From Spirochaetia bacterium (GTDB lineage: Bacteria; Spirochaetota; Spirochaetia; SZUA-6; Bin103): a stretch of 64,000 nucleotides of DNA. The DNA lies in contig CBDBDQ010000005.1 of NCBI GenBank assembly GCA_965203905.1, positions 7,712,001 through 7,776,000 of the forward strand, written 5' to 3'. The notes beneath the pieces are model-generated. The model did not search any database and was not told the DNA's origin. It was given only the letters and a program-made list of their open reading frames with translations. The position numbers were made by a program, and so were the translations under genes. This document shows, piece by piece, positions 1-9,643 of the stretch (position 1 is the first letter of the stretch; every line of letters begins with the position of its first letter).

Positions 1-590
1 CGCCCGTTCGCCCAGGATACCGCCGCCGACTTCCTGGGGCGGTCGGTGGCCATTATCGGCCTCGCCACGCCGAACTTCTGGCTGGCACTCATGGTTATCA
101 TCTACCCGGCCATCTGGTTCGGCTGGGCGCCACCGACAGAGCTGGTTTCCTTCACCGAAGACCCGCTGGGGAATCTGGCGGTGTTCATCATTCCCAGCCT
201 GATTCTGGGGACCGCCTCGGCGGCCGCCACCATGCGGATGACGCGCACCATGATGCTCGGAGGTGCTGAGGCAGGACTATATCCGCACCGCCTGGTCCAA
301 GGGGCTCAAGGAACGGGCCGTGGTGATCCGACACGCCGTCAAGAATGGCCTTATCCCGGTGGTGTCCCTGATCGGCCTGCAGTTGCCGATCCTGGTGGGT
401 GGCGCCGTAATCATGGAGAACATCTTCAACCTGCCGGGGCTCGGGCGTCTCATGCTGATTGCCCTCAACGAGAGAGACTACCCGATGGTGTCCGGAATAA
501 ACCTGTTTTTTTGCCACGGGGGTTGTGGTATTCAATCTCGTTACTGACCTGACCTATGCTTTCTTGGACCCCAGGGTCCGGTATGAATAA
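1..590 (+). CDS. ABC transporter permease (DppB/OppB family), 5'-truncated by the window edge and frameshifted
   Basis: Pieces ATPNFWLAL (ORF 46..), LRQDYIRTAWSKGL EAA motif (ORF 263..) and DLTYAFLDPRVRYE* (TAA 588-590) are in different frames. Shifts lie near 258 and in the T/G runs at 505-522. Paralog of 21720-22718. Confidence 0.85.
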
Positions 591-604
591 AGAAAATAGC
601 AAGT

Positions 605-1573
605 ATGAGTGACGCCGAAGGGATACCACCAGCAGTAAGTGAGCCAAAGAGACGTAGCGGGTTGGTTGATTTCTTCACCAAACTGGTCACCGAGAAGCCA
701 CTGGGTACGGTCGGCGGGATTATCGTATTGCTGTTGATGTCGGTCGGTATCTTTGCTGATGTTCTGGCCGCTTATCCGTATAATGAAATACACTTGGCAG
801 ACAGGCTGCAGGGCTCATCAGCCCGGTATCCACTCGGTACCGACCAGATAGGGCGAGACCTCTTGACCCGTCTGATCTTCGGGGCTCGTATTTCGCTAAC
901 AGTAGGTCTTGCAGCGACCGCTGTTAATGTCGTGGTGGCTGTCCTGATAGGTGGCATTTCGGGATTCTTTGGCGGTAAATTGGACCTGGCTGCGCAGAGA
1001 TTTGTAGACGCCTGGATGGCTTTCCCGGGATTGCTCCTGTTGTTGACCATAATGTCCTTCGTGGGGCAGGGTCTGCCGCAGATAATAGTGGTACTGGGGA
1101 TAACCGGAGGGATCGGCGGTTCAAGAGTAGTCCGAGGAGCTGTTATTGGGGTAAAGGAGAATGTCTATTTTCAGACGGCAGAGGCGATTGGCTGTACAAA
1201 ATGGAGAACACTTGTCAGACATGTCCTGCCCAATGTCATGCCCGTCGTAATCATCATATTCAGCATCAACATCGGTGGGGTGATTATCAGTGAGGCGTCC
1301 TTGAGCTTCCTCGGATTCGGACTACCACCGGAGGTTCCTAGCTGGGGAGGCATGCTGAGCCGGGACGGGCGCGAGTTCATGGAGGTGGCGCCACGGTTGG
1401 CTCTCTGGCCTGGCCTTGCCCTGACTATTACCGTTTACAGTCTGAACATGTTCGGTGACGCCGTGAGGGACCTGCTGGACCCGAGGTTGCGTGGCGCAAG
1501 CGGGGTCAGGGGGCGTGTAGGTCGGCTCGGTGCTGATCCGTCAAAGAGAGCCAACAAGAAACGGCTCTTCTAG
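605..1573 (+). CDS. ABC transporter permease (DppC/OppC family)
   Basis: LGTDQIGRDLL, RHVLPN, EASLSFLGFG, PSWG and FGDAVRDLLDPR motifs. Confidence 0.95.
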   Translation: MSDAEGIPPAVSEPKRRSGLVDFFTKLVTEKPLGTVGGIIVLLLMSVGIFADVLAAYPYNEIHLADRLQGSSARYPLGTDQIGRDLLTRLIFGARISLTVGLAATAVNVVVAVLIGGISGFFGGKLDLAAQRFVDAWMAFPGLLLLLTIMSFVGQGLPQIIVVLGITGGIGGSRVVRGAVIGVKENVYFQTAEAIGCTKWRTLVRHVLPNVMPVVIIIFSINIGGVIISEASLSFLGFGLPPEVPSWGGMLSRDGREFMEVAPRLALWPGLALTITVYSLNMFGDAVRDLLDPRLRGASGVRGRVGRLGADPSKRANKKRLF

Positions 1574-2034
1574 ACGAGCTTGAACACCGGCACGGTGCCG
1601 CTTCCGTCCGCGAGCGCCTCGAACGCCACCTCGACCTCGCGACCGACCTTGATCTGATCGGCGTCGGCGTCGTCGTCGAGGTCGACGATGTTGGACTGCA
1701 GGCGCACGCCTTCCGCCAGATCGATCTGCGCCAGGACCAGCGGCAGCCGTCCCTGGTGTCGCAGGTGGTACGGTCGGTGCAGCACGGCGTGGCTGAAGAT
1801 CGTGCCCCGGCCGGAGGCGTCACGCCACTGCATGGCGCTCGAGCCGCACGCCTGGCAGCGCGTACGCAACGGCAACGCCCACGTGCCGCATGCGCGGCAG
1901 CGCTGGAGCCGGAGCTTGCCGTCGCGCGCAGCAGCGAAAAACGGTGCCGCCCCGACCGCCGACGCCGATGCGCCCGACGTCGACACAGCCGCCGTCTCCG
2001 CGGCCCCTATCGGCAACCAGGCTTCTCCGGTCAC
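1570..2034 (-). CDS. DUF35 Zn-ribbon/OB-fold protein (ChsH2-like partner of thiolase-fold enzyme)
   Basis: PFFAAARDGKLRLQRCRACG..P.RTRCQACGS and ASGRGTIFSH motifs. GTG start overlaps the thiolase TGA (GTGA). Confidence 0.9.
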   Translation of the reverse strand: MTGEAWLPIGAAETAAVSTSGASASAVGAAPFFAAARDGKLRLQRCRACGTWALPLRTRCQACGSSAMQWRDASGRGTIFSHAVLHRPYHLRHQGRLPLVLAQIDLAEGVRLQSNIVDLDDDADADQIKVGREVEVAFEALADGSGTVPVFKLV

Positions 2035-3236
2035 GCCTTCGCCTCCGGCGACAGCAGCAACGTCGAGTGATGCTGCAGCGTGCCGCCGTTGCCGCTCACC
2101 AGAATCAACTGGTTGTTCGCTTGCCGCTGGCCACCCTGTCCGCGGCCTTGAATGATCGCCTCCGAGATCGGCGTCATCCCCCACATGTAGTAGGACGAAA
2201 GCTGCCCCCCGCCGGTGTTGGTCGGCAGTGAACCGCCGCGCCCGATGGCCCCCGACGCGACGAACGGGCCGCCTTCGCCCTTGGCACAGAAGCCGTAGTC
2301 TTCGAGGGTGGTAATGACCGTATAGGTGTAGCAGTCATAGAGCTGGCACTGGCTCACGTCGGCGAGTTGCGCGTCGGCCATCGCCAGCGCTCTCGGGCCC
2401 GACCGCCTGGCCGGCGACTCGGTCAGCGGATCGAAGCCCGCCCAACCCACGTCGTGGTGGTGAGCTTGTGCGAACCCACGGATGTAGACCGGCGGCTGCG
2501 CGCCATCCCGGGCCCGCTCGGCGGACGTCACGATCACCGCTACGCCGCCGTTGGAGACCAGGCAGCAATCCAGCACGTGAAAGGGTTCCACCACCCACGG
2601 CGATGCGTGGTAGCCGTCCAGATCCAACGGCTCGCGCTTGGTCGCATGTTCGTTGAACGCGGCCCACTTGCGTTGCGCGATGGCGACCTGCCCCAGTTGA
2701 TCCTGCGTGGTGCCGTACAGATCCATATGGCGGCGGGCGCCCGACGCATAGGCGGCAATCGGACCGGCCCAGCCGTATATCTGCCGCAAGCTGTCGAGTG
2801 CCGACATCGGCCGGCCGCCCGCATACGCAGCCCCGGCGCGCTGCCCTTCCTGCAACGGGTCGTCGGCGAACACGCAGCAGACGACCTTCGCCAGTCCGGC
2901 GTTCACCGCCATCGCCGCGTACTGGACCATCTGACCGGCGCTCGATCCGTAGCCCTGCATGAAGGTCAGCAGGTCGAGCTCCCGCAGCCCGAGCGCCCGC
3001 TGCAGCGACACATCGATTCCCTGCGTCACTCCCGCGTTGATGAGCAAGCCATCGAGCTGCGATTTGTCGAGCCCGGCATCCTCCAGCGCCAGGTAGACCG
3101 CCTCGACCGCGAAGTCCTCCGCGCTACGATAGACCCGCCCCATCTCGGTCATACCGAGCCCGCACACCGCGGTCGCGCCTTGCAGTGGATGTGATGCCGA
3201 CCCGCTCACGCCCTCCCAGTATAGCCTACCGGCCAC
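2031..3236 (-). CDS. Thiolase-fold lipid-transfer protein (Ltp2/SCP-x-like, probable retro-aldolase)
   Basis: LDCCLVSNGG, QLYDCYT and NTGGGQLS motifs; coupled to DUF35 gene. Exact start uncertain. Confidence 0.9.
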   Translation of the reverse strand: MAGRLYWEGVSGSASHPLQGATAVCGLGMTEMGRVYRSAEDFAVEAVYLALEDAGLDKSQLDGLLINAGVTQGIDVSLQRALGLRELDLLTFMQGYGSSAGQMVQYAAMAVNAGLAKVVCCVFADDPLQEGQRAGAAYAGGRPMSALDSLRQIYGWAGPIAAYASGARRHMDLYGTTQDQLGQVAIAQRKWAAFNEHATKREPLDLDGYHASPWVVEPFHVLDCCLVSNGGVAVIVTSAERARDGAQPPVYIRGFAQAHHHDVGWAGFDPLTESPARRSGPRALAMADAQLADVSQCQLYDCYTYTVITTLEDYGFCAKGEGGPFVASGAIGRGGSLPTNTGGGQLSSYYMWGMTPISEAIIQGRGQGGQRQANNQLILVSGNGGTLQHHSTLLLSPEAKA

Positions 3237-3512
3237 CGAAGTTCAGGTCACCCAGGAGGCCGACGTGGACCACGTCCCATTACCGGACATCGCGCTGCAC
3301 GAACGCGGTACCCCGGCAGAGCAATACCGGCAACACCTCGCCGCCCGCGAGCCGCCGGCCCGACCACAGCGGAGGCGCCGCCCTCGCCGCCCTTCCTGCG
3401 GTTTGTGCACGCCCCCGCGCCTGTGGTACCGTGGGGTCGGGTACATGGCGATGCAGACAGCCCGGAAGCAGCTACCCGACCGGGCCGGCAGTGCTCAGGG
3501 AGGTCTCGCGCC

Positions 3513-4705
3513 ATGACCGGACACACACCTATCGAACCGCCGACTCTGCGGAGGATCAGGGGAAGGAACCTGCTGTCTTTCGGGCCTGAGGGGATCGACC
3601 TCGAATTGGCCGCCCTCAACGTGCTGATCGGTCCGAACGGCTCGGGAAAATCGAACCTGTTGGAGGTCATCAGGCTGCTACAAGCCGCTCCCCACGATCT
3701 GTCCGCTCCCGTCCGCACCGGCAGCGGCGTCCCGTGATTGGATCTGGAGAGGGCAGCCGCAGTCCTCGGCGACGGTCGAGGTGATCATCGACAACCCGCA
3801 TGGAAGACAACCGCTACGGCACGTGATCGCGTTCAAAGAGTCCGGGCGCCAGTTTACCCTGGACGACGAGCGGATCGAGAACGAGCATCCGTTCCCCCGG
3901 ACAACCCGACTCGTACTTCTACTACAGACTTCAGGGCGGGAGCCCCGTGCTGAACGTAGTTGGAGACGGCCGGCGGGAGCTTCAACGGGATGACGTCGAA
4001 CCCGACCGGTCGATTCTGTCGCAGCGGAAAGAGCCCGATCAGTATCCGGAGCTCGCCTATCTGAGCACGTTCTACGAAGGCATCAACCTGTACGGCTCCT
4101 GGGAGTTCGGGCGGAGCGCCGGCATCCGTGACGCGCAGAGAAGCGACGTTCGTCCGAGTCCGTTGGCCGAGAACCTGTCGAACCTTGGCATGTTCCTCAA
4201 CCGGCTGGCGCCGTACCCGGCCGCCAGAGCGCGTCTGAAGGCGCATCTGACCGAGCTTTACGAAGGCATCACCGACTTCGAACTCTACTTCGATCCGAGC
4301 ACCGTACAACTCCTATTCACGGAGGGCGATTACTCGATCCCGGCATCGCGCCTGTCCGACGGTAGCCTCAGATATCTCTTTCTACTGGCGGCGCTGCTGG
4401 ACCCGGAGCCGCCCAGGCTCCTGGGAATCGAGGAGCCTGAGTTGGGGCTGCACCCGGACCTGCTTCCCAAGCTGGCGGACCTGCTGGTCGACGCGTCAAG
4501 CCGGTGCCAGCTCGTCGTGACGACCCACTCCGACCTGCTGGTCGACGCGCTGTCCGAGCACCCGGAATCGGTAGTAGTATGCGAAAAGCACGACGGCCGA
4601 ACCAGCATGAGGCGTCTCGACCGATCGGACCTCGCCCGGTGGCTCGAACGGTACGGGCTGGGGCAGCTGTGGACCAAGGGGAAGCTGGGTGGTGTGCGCT
4701 GGTGA
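3513..4705 (+). CDS. AAA_21/ABC-type ATPase, split by two frameshifts
   Basis: RBS GGAGG at ~3499 and ATG at 3513. Walker A GPNGSGKS, signature LSDGS, Walker B/D-loop IEEPELGLHP, H-loop TTHS. Extra C at ~3731 and ~3895, both in C runs. Confidence 0.88.
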
Positions 4706-5307
4706 GGGCGGAGATCTACGTCGAGGGCGGTGGACCGCCTGACAGGCTCACCAACATTCGATGCCGCGAGGGGTTCCGCAAGCTGCTTGCCAAGTGCGGC
4801 CTGGACGACAGCAGGTTCCAAGTGACCGCCTGTGGGGGACGCGGAGATGCTCGGAACGACTTCCGGGACGCCCATGCGGATGCCGGAGACCAATACTATG
4901 TCGCGCTTCTGATCGACAGCGAGTCTCCTGTGGCGAACATCGAAGAGACGTGGAATCACCTCACCGAGGAGCATAACTGGCAACGCCCTCCCGATGCCCG
5001 GGATGACCAAGTGCTCTTCATGACCACGTGCATGGAAACCTGGATCGCAGCGGATCGGTCGGCCTTGTGCGCGCACTTCGGTCAGTGCCTTCTGGTTAGC
5101 GAACTTCCCGACCTCGACGGTCTGGAGGAGCTGAGACGCGGCACCGTGAAGGATCGGCTGCGGCACGCCACCCGGAGCTGTCCGGTCCCGTACGGCAAGG
5201 GGCCGAACTCGTTCGAAGTGCTGAGCAGACTCGATCCGACAGTCCTGGAAGAACGCCTGCCGAGCTTCCGCCGGGCGCGCCGAATCCTGACCGACAAGCT
5301 GGGATAG
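4702..5307 (+). CDS. DUF4276-family protein (TOPRIM-like)
   Basis: IYVEGGG, ACGGRG, LLIDSE and METWIAAD motifs. GTGA overlap with the ATPase. Confidence 0.8.
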   Translation: MRAEIYVEGGGPPDRLTNIRCREGFRKLLAKCGLDDSRFQVTACGGRGDARNDFRDAHADAGDQYYVALLIDSESPVANIEETWNHLTEEHNWQRPPDARDDQVLFMTTCMETWIAADRSALCAHFGQCLLVSELPDLDGLEELRRGTVKDRLRHATRSCPVPYGKGPNSFEVLSRLDPTVLEERLPSFRRARRILTDKLG

Positions 5308-5448
5308 AAGAGTAAGAGTAGGAGGCACGACCATCTCGCTCCCGCCTACTTCATGGATCAGTTCACATCGAATTCAACCCGAACGCCGACCAGTTGGGCA
5401 AAGATCAGGGCTACGATAACTGGCCTGCAGCAGCGAAAGGAGAACGAC

Positions 5449-6858
5449 ATGGCCCGGCCCAACATCCTGCTTATCACGACCGACCAGGAGCACCACCGGC
5501 TGACTCACCACGCCGGCGACGAATACGTCCACACGCCGGCGCTGGACGGGCTGGCCCGGGATGGCATGCGCTTCGACCGGACCTACGTCGCCAACCCGGT
5601 CTGCGTGCCGGCGCGTTACAGCCTGTTCTCGGGACACATGCCGCACCGGTTCGACGGCATGGAGGTGAACCACCAGAGCATTAAGAAGCCCTTTCCCGTA
5701 ATCGCCGACAGCGTGTCGACACCGTCCATGGGGCGCTGTCTACAGGCCGCCGGCTACGACACGGTCTACGGTGGGAAGCTGCACGTGGAAGGCTTTCCGC
5801 TGTTCAAGCCCGAGCTCGAGGAGCGTTTCGGTTTCCGCTGCCTGATCGACAATTCGCGGGAGGAGCTTGCGCTGCGCAGTCGGGACTTCCTCATGGAGGA
5901 GGGGCGGAGGCGGGCACGAGGCTCGGGAGACGCCGGCGGCGCAGAAGGGGGCGCCAACGGCGACGACGGGCAGCCCCCCTTCTTCCTGTGGGCCTCCTTC
6001 ATCAACCCGCATGACATCTGCCTGGTGCTGGACCGTGAGACCGGCAAGCTCTCGTTCGATGGCGTGACTCTGGACCGGTGTCCGCCGCTACCGGACAATT
6101 TCGCCCCGACCCGCGACGAGCCGCGTTGGATCAGCCGGTTTCGCGACGGCACCCTGGGCGACGAGTCTACCGTGGAGCTGGGCCTCAACCGCCGCTTCGG
6201 CCGCAGCTCGCAGTCCTGGACGGAGGATGAGTGGCGGCTGTACCGCGGCGCGTATCGCCACTTCATGGGCGACGTGGACCGCCAGATTGGCATCGTTCTC
6301 GATGCGCTGCATCAATCGGGCCTCGAGGAGGACACGGTGGTGATCTTCACCAGCGACCACGGCGACCACGACGGCGAGCACCGGCTGACGATGAAACGTT
6401 CCTTCTACGAGGCGGCGGTCCACGTACCGCTCATCGTCCGCTGGCCTGGTCACGTCGCAGCGGGCGCGGTGGACGACACCCACCTGGTGAACAACTGCAT
6501 CGACCTCCTGCCGACGCTTTGTGAGCTGGCCGGCGTCGATCCTCCCGAGGGCCTTCCGGGCCGCAGCTTCAAAGGTCTGGCGCTGGGCGACCAGCCGCGC
6601 GCCTGGCAAGACTTCGTGGTGAGTGAAACAGTGGCGGGCCGGATGCTGCGCAGCGCCCGCTACAAGTACTGCGTCTACCATCACGAGAGGGAATCGGAAG
6701 AGCTGTTGTGCGACCTCCAGGAGGATCCGCTGGAGACCCGGAACCTGGCCGGGTCGCCGGCTCACCGGCGCGTGGTGAGGGAGCACCGGCAACTGCTCAC
6801 CGAGTGGACGCGGCAAGCCGGCGATCGCAAGGGCGCTGACTACCTGGCGGCCATCTGA
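5449..6858 (+). CDS. Sulfatase (choline-sulfatase-like, Cys-type)
   Basis: RBS AAGGAG. RPNILLITTDQ, CVPAR (CxPxR formylglycine motif), GKLH and TSDHGD motifs. Confidence 0.95.
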   Translation: MARPNILLITTDQEHHRLTHHAGDEYVHTPALDGLARDGMRFDRTYVANPVCVPARYSLFSGHMPHRFDGMEVNHQSIKKPFPVIADSVSTPSMGRCLQAAGYDTVYGGKLHVEGFPLFKPELEERFGFRCLIDNSREELALRSRDFLMEEGRRRARGSGDAGGAEGGANGDDGQPPFFLWASFINPHDICLVLDRETGKLSFDGVTLDRCPPLPDNFAPTRDEPRWISRFRDGTLGDESTVELGLNRRFGRSSQSWTEDEWRLYRGAYRHFMGDVDRQIGIVLDALHQSGLEEDTVVIFTSDHGDHDGEHRLTMKRSFYEAAVHVPLIVRWPGHVAAGAVDDTHLVNNCIDLLPTLCELAGVDPPEGLPGRSFKGLALGDQPRAWQDFVVSETVAGRMLRSARYKYCVYHHERESEELLCDLQEDPLETRNLAGSPAHRRVVREHRQLLTEWTRQAGDRKGADYLAAI

Positions 6859-6952
6859 GCACCCCGGCCAATCAGTCCCCGGAGTCGCGTCCGGCATGAT
6901 CTGACGTGCGCCTGGTCGATCATGCCGGCGGCCACGTCGATGCCGACGGCAT

Positions 6953-7004
6953 GTGTCCCAAGGCCCCTTCGTCACGGCAGATGAGATCGTCAGTAGGGAC
7001 AGGC
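6953..7004 (+). repeat. 52-bp repeat, copy 1 (GTGTCCCAAGGCCCCTT...)
   Basis: 49/52 identical to 10932-10983. The first 17 bp recur with 1 mismatch at 26821-26837 on the minus strand. Confidence 0.9.
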
Positions 7005-7064
7005 CGAGTAGGCGGGGTCGTTACCGAGCCCCGCCCCTCGCAGACCCGAGCGTGCGCGATTAAC
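7003..7064 (-). mobile_element. Group II intron 3' remnant (partial domain V + domain VI)
   Basis: Minus strand reads GTTAATCGCGCACGCTCGGGTCTGCGAGGGGCGGGGCTCGGTAACGACCCCGCCTACTCGGC, a DV 3' arm plus DVI hairpin with a bulged A. No RT ORF nearby. Confidence 0.75.
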
Positions 7065-7442
7065 TCTGAGTGCGAGCAGGATGCGCGGCCGCCGGTGGAT
7101 TGCGCAGGTCCATCTCAGACTCAGCGCGTCCATTTACGCTCGTTCGGTTCTCGATTACTCTTCCTATCACTCGATGCTGCGCAAGTACGGACTCGACAAG
7201 GCGATCCTCGCCGTGGAGGTTCCTCTGCTGCCATTCTGGCTTTGCGGGCAGTGATCGATGTTGACCTGGGAAGGGGCCTCGTGGCTGAGAAACGACTTCG
7301 CGATCCCGTATCGCGTATGATCACCAACGAGTCGCGACAATTCGGCGTGTGGAGGCCCGTGGTGGGTGGTGCTGATCAGTCCAGCCTCGCAGCGCACCTG
7401 GGCGGTGGGCGATTCCTCCCGTCCCAGCCTCCGAGCGAATAG

Positions 7443-9215
7443 ATGCGGCGCCCCACCCCAAACAACAGCGCGCCGAGCGGCCGCGACGCCGACTTCATCG
7501 TCGTCGGTGCCGGTGCGGCCGGTGGCGTGATGGCGGCACGGCTCTCCGAGGGCCGCGCGAAGCGAGTGCTGCTGCTCGAGGCAGGACGCGACTACGACAG
7601 GGCCGGAAGCAACGAAGGTCTCCCGGACACGATTCGCTACGGCTACGGGAATCGGGGCAACGGTGGCCCGGCAGAGATCCGAGGGCATCACTGGTATCCG
7701 GATTCCGACAACCCCCTATCCAAAGACGAGGCGTTCGCGCGGCGGGGCGGCCTCTACGGCTACACGCGCGCGGGCGGACGGCGCGCCGTCGACCTGCCGC
7801 GCGGGCGTGTGGTCGGCGGGACGACCTCGGTGAACAGCCAGATGTGGGTCCGTGGCACGACCGAGGATTTCGAGCACTGGAGCGGGACGCTCGGCTGCGC
7901 GACATGGTCGTTCGAAAACGTGCTGCCGTTCTTCAACGCCGTCGAGTCGGACGCTGACTATGGGGCCGAAGACTTCCACGGAGACCGCGGCCCCGTCCCT
8001 GTCCGGCGCCACCCGCGCTCGGAGTGGCGGGCGGCCGACGTCGCCTGGCACGACGCCTGCGTGGCGGCCGGATTCGACTGCTGCGCGGACGTCAACGAGC
8101 CCGGGACTGCGGGCGGTGTTGGGTCGCTGGCGCTGAACAACGTGAACCGCGTGCGCCAGAGCTCGGCGCTCACTTTTCTCGCCCAGGCGCGGGGCCGCCC
8201 GAACCTGGTCATCCGCGGTGATTCCGAGGTCCGGCGTGTTCTCTTCGATGACGACCGCGGCACGCCACGGGCAGTCGGCGTGGAGCTGACGGACGGCACG
8301 GTTCTGCGTGCCCGGACCGAGGTGATCCTATGCGGTGGGGCGATCGGTTCGCCGCACATGCTCCTGCGCTCCGGCGTGGGTCCCGCGGAGGAGCTCGAGG
8401 CGGCGGGGGTCGCCACGATTATGGATCTCCCCGGTGTCGGCCGGAACCTGCGCGACCACGTTGCGCTTCCGTTGACGTTCCGAATGAAGGAAGGCATCGC
8501 CTCGAACAACGTCGACGGCTCCGCGCACCCCATGCCGATGTACCTTCGGTACACCGCAGACGCGCTCGACGGGATGGCGCCCATGAGGAACGACATGCTG
8601 TTTTTCCTGGGACCGCTGCAGAGCCAGGTGGGCGAGGTCGAGCGCTTGGCCGGCCACAACTCTTCCGGCCACCGCGTTTTCGTCATCATTCCGACCCTCA
8701 TGCTCGAGCTCAGCGCGGGCACGCTGAAGATGCCGGCCCCCTCCGCAGACGGCGCACCAGACATGGAGGCCATGCCCGTGATCGAGATGGGCTGGTTGGA
8801 GCATCCTGCCGATCGCATACGCCTTCGCGAGGGGCTGCGCCTGGCGCTGCGGCTCGCCGCCTCCACCGAGATGGCGACCGTCCTCGAAGGTCCGATCGTG
8901 CCGGCCGAGGACGAGGTGACGGCCGAGTCGTCCGACGCCGCCCTCGACGACTGGGTCGAGAGGCACGTCATTACGTCGCACCACCAGAGCAGCTCGTGTC
9001 GAATGGGCGATCCCGCCGACCCGACGGCGGTGTGCGACGAAGACGGGAACGTGCTCGGGACGAAGGGCCTGCGCGTGGTGGACGCGAGCCTGATGCCGGA
9101 TTGCCCGCGGGCAAACACGCAGGCGACGACCTATATGATGGCTGAGCGTATCGCGGGCATCGTCAACCACGGCTCGTTGGCGGCGGCGCTCCGGGCCGCG
9201 GTCGAGGGAGAGTGA
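7443..9215 (+). CDS. GMC-family FAD oxidoreductase (choline dehydrogenase-like)
   Basis: DFIVVGAGAAG, RGRVVGGTTSVN, GVGRNLRDH, HQSSSCRMG and GLRVVDASLMP motifs. Confidence 0.95.
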   Translation: MRRPTPNNSAPSGRDADFIVVGAGAAGGVMAARLSEGRAKRVLLLEAGRDYDRAGSNEGLPDTIRYGYGNRGNGGPAEIRGHHWYPDSDNPLSKDEAFARRGGLYGYTRAGGRRAVDLPRGRVVGGTTSVNSQMWVRGTTEDFEHWSGTLGCATWSFENVLPFFNAVESDADYGAEDFHGDRGPVPVRRHPRSEWRAADVAWHDACVAAGFDCCADVNEPGTAGGVGSLALNNVNRVRQSSALTFLAQARGRPNLVIRGDSEVRRVLFDDDRGTPRAVGVELTDGTVLRARTEVILCGGAIGSPHMLLRSGVGPAEELEAAGVATIMDLPGVGRNLRDHVALPLTFRMKEGIASNNVDGSAHPMPMYLRYTADALDGMAPMRNDMLFFLGPLQSQVGEVERLAGHNSSGHRVFVIIPTLMLELSAGTLKMPAPSADGAPDMEAMPVIEMGWLEHPADRIRLREGLRLALRLAASTEMATVLEGPIVPAEDEVTAESSDAALDDWVERHVITSHHQSSSCRMGDPADPTAVCDEDGNVLGTKGLRVVDASLMPDCPRANTQATTYMMAERIAGIVNHGSLAAALRAAVEGE

Positions 9216-9312
9216 CCTACGCGCGCCATGGCGCGGGCCCAAGGACACAAGACGCGAGGGTCAAGATGCGGAGCACGTCTCCATCGGCATCGGGGGCGGC
9301 TGTGCCTTTGAC

Positions 9313-9393
9313 TCACCAAACCGTATTCAGCCATCCGAGATCGCGCATCAGCTTATCCTTGGTTACCAGCGGCGCGTCTTGGGATAAGGCAAT
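9313..9393 (-). pseudogene. C-terminal fragment of a VapC/PIN toxin
   Basis: Translates IALSQDAPLVTKDKLMRDLGWLNTVW*, a typical PIN C-terminus (LVTxD..W*). No N-terminus present. Confidence 0.6.
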
Positions 9394-9643
9394 CTCGGTG
9401 TTGGTGGAAGAAGAACGTTGACCGCTCTGAGGTTTCAGATCCACGCACGGGAACACCGCCTAATCAGAATTCTGCCGCGGCCGATCGAGCGGCGGCACGA
9501 CGTGGCAGCGCTACCTCTCACGCCACCACGATCCGCGCCGGCACCACCGGCCAACCGTCACTCTAGCGGTGCGCTCAGGTTGACCAGCACATGATGAGGC
9601 ATAGCAGAGTCAGTGTAAACGGTCGTCCTGTCTCGCGCTCGGG

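Noticed and set aside
6953-7004. Integron attC site
   Set aside because: Lacks RYYYAAC/GTTRRRY cores, and there is no integron integrase in the window.
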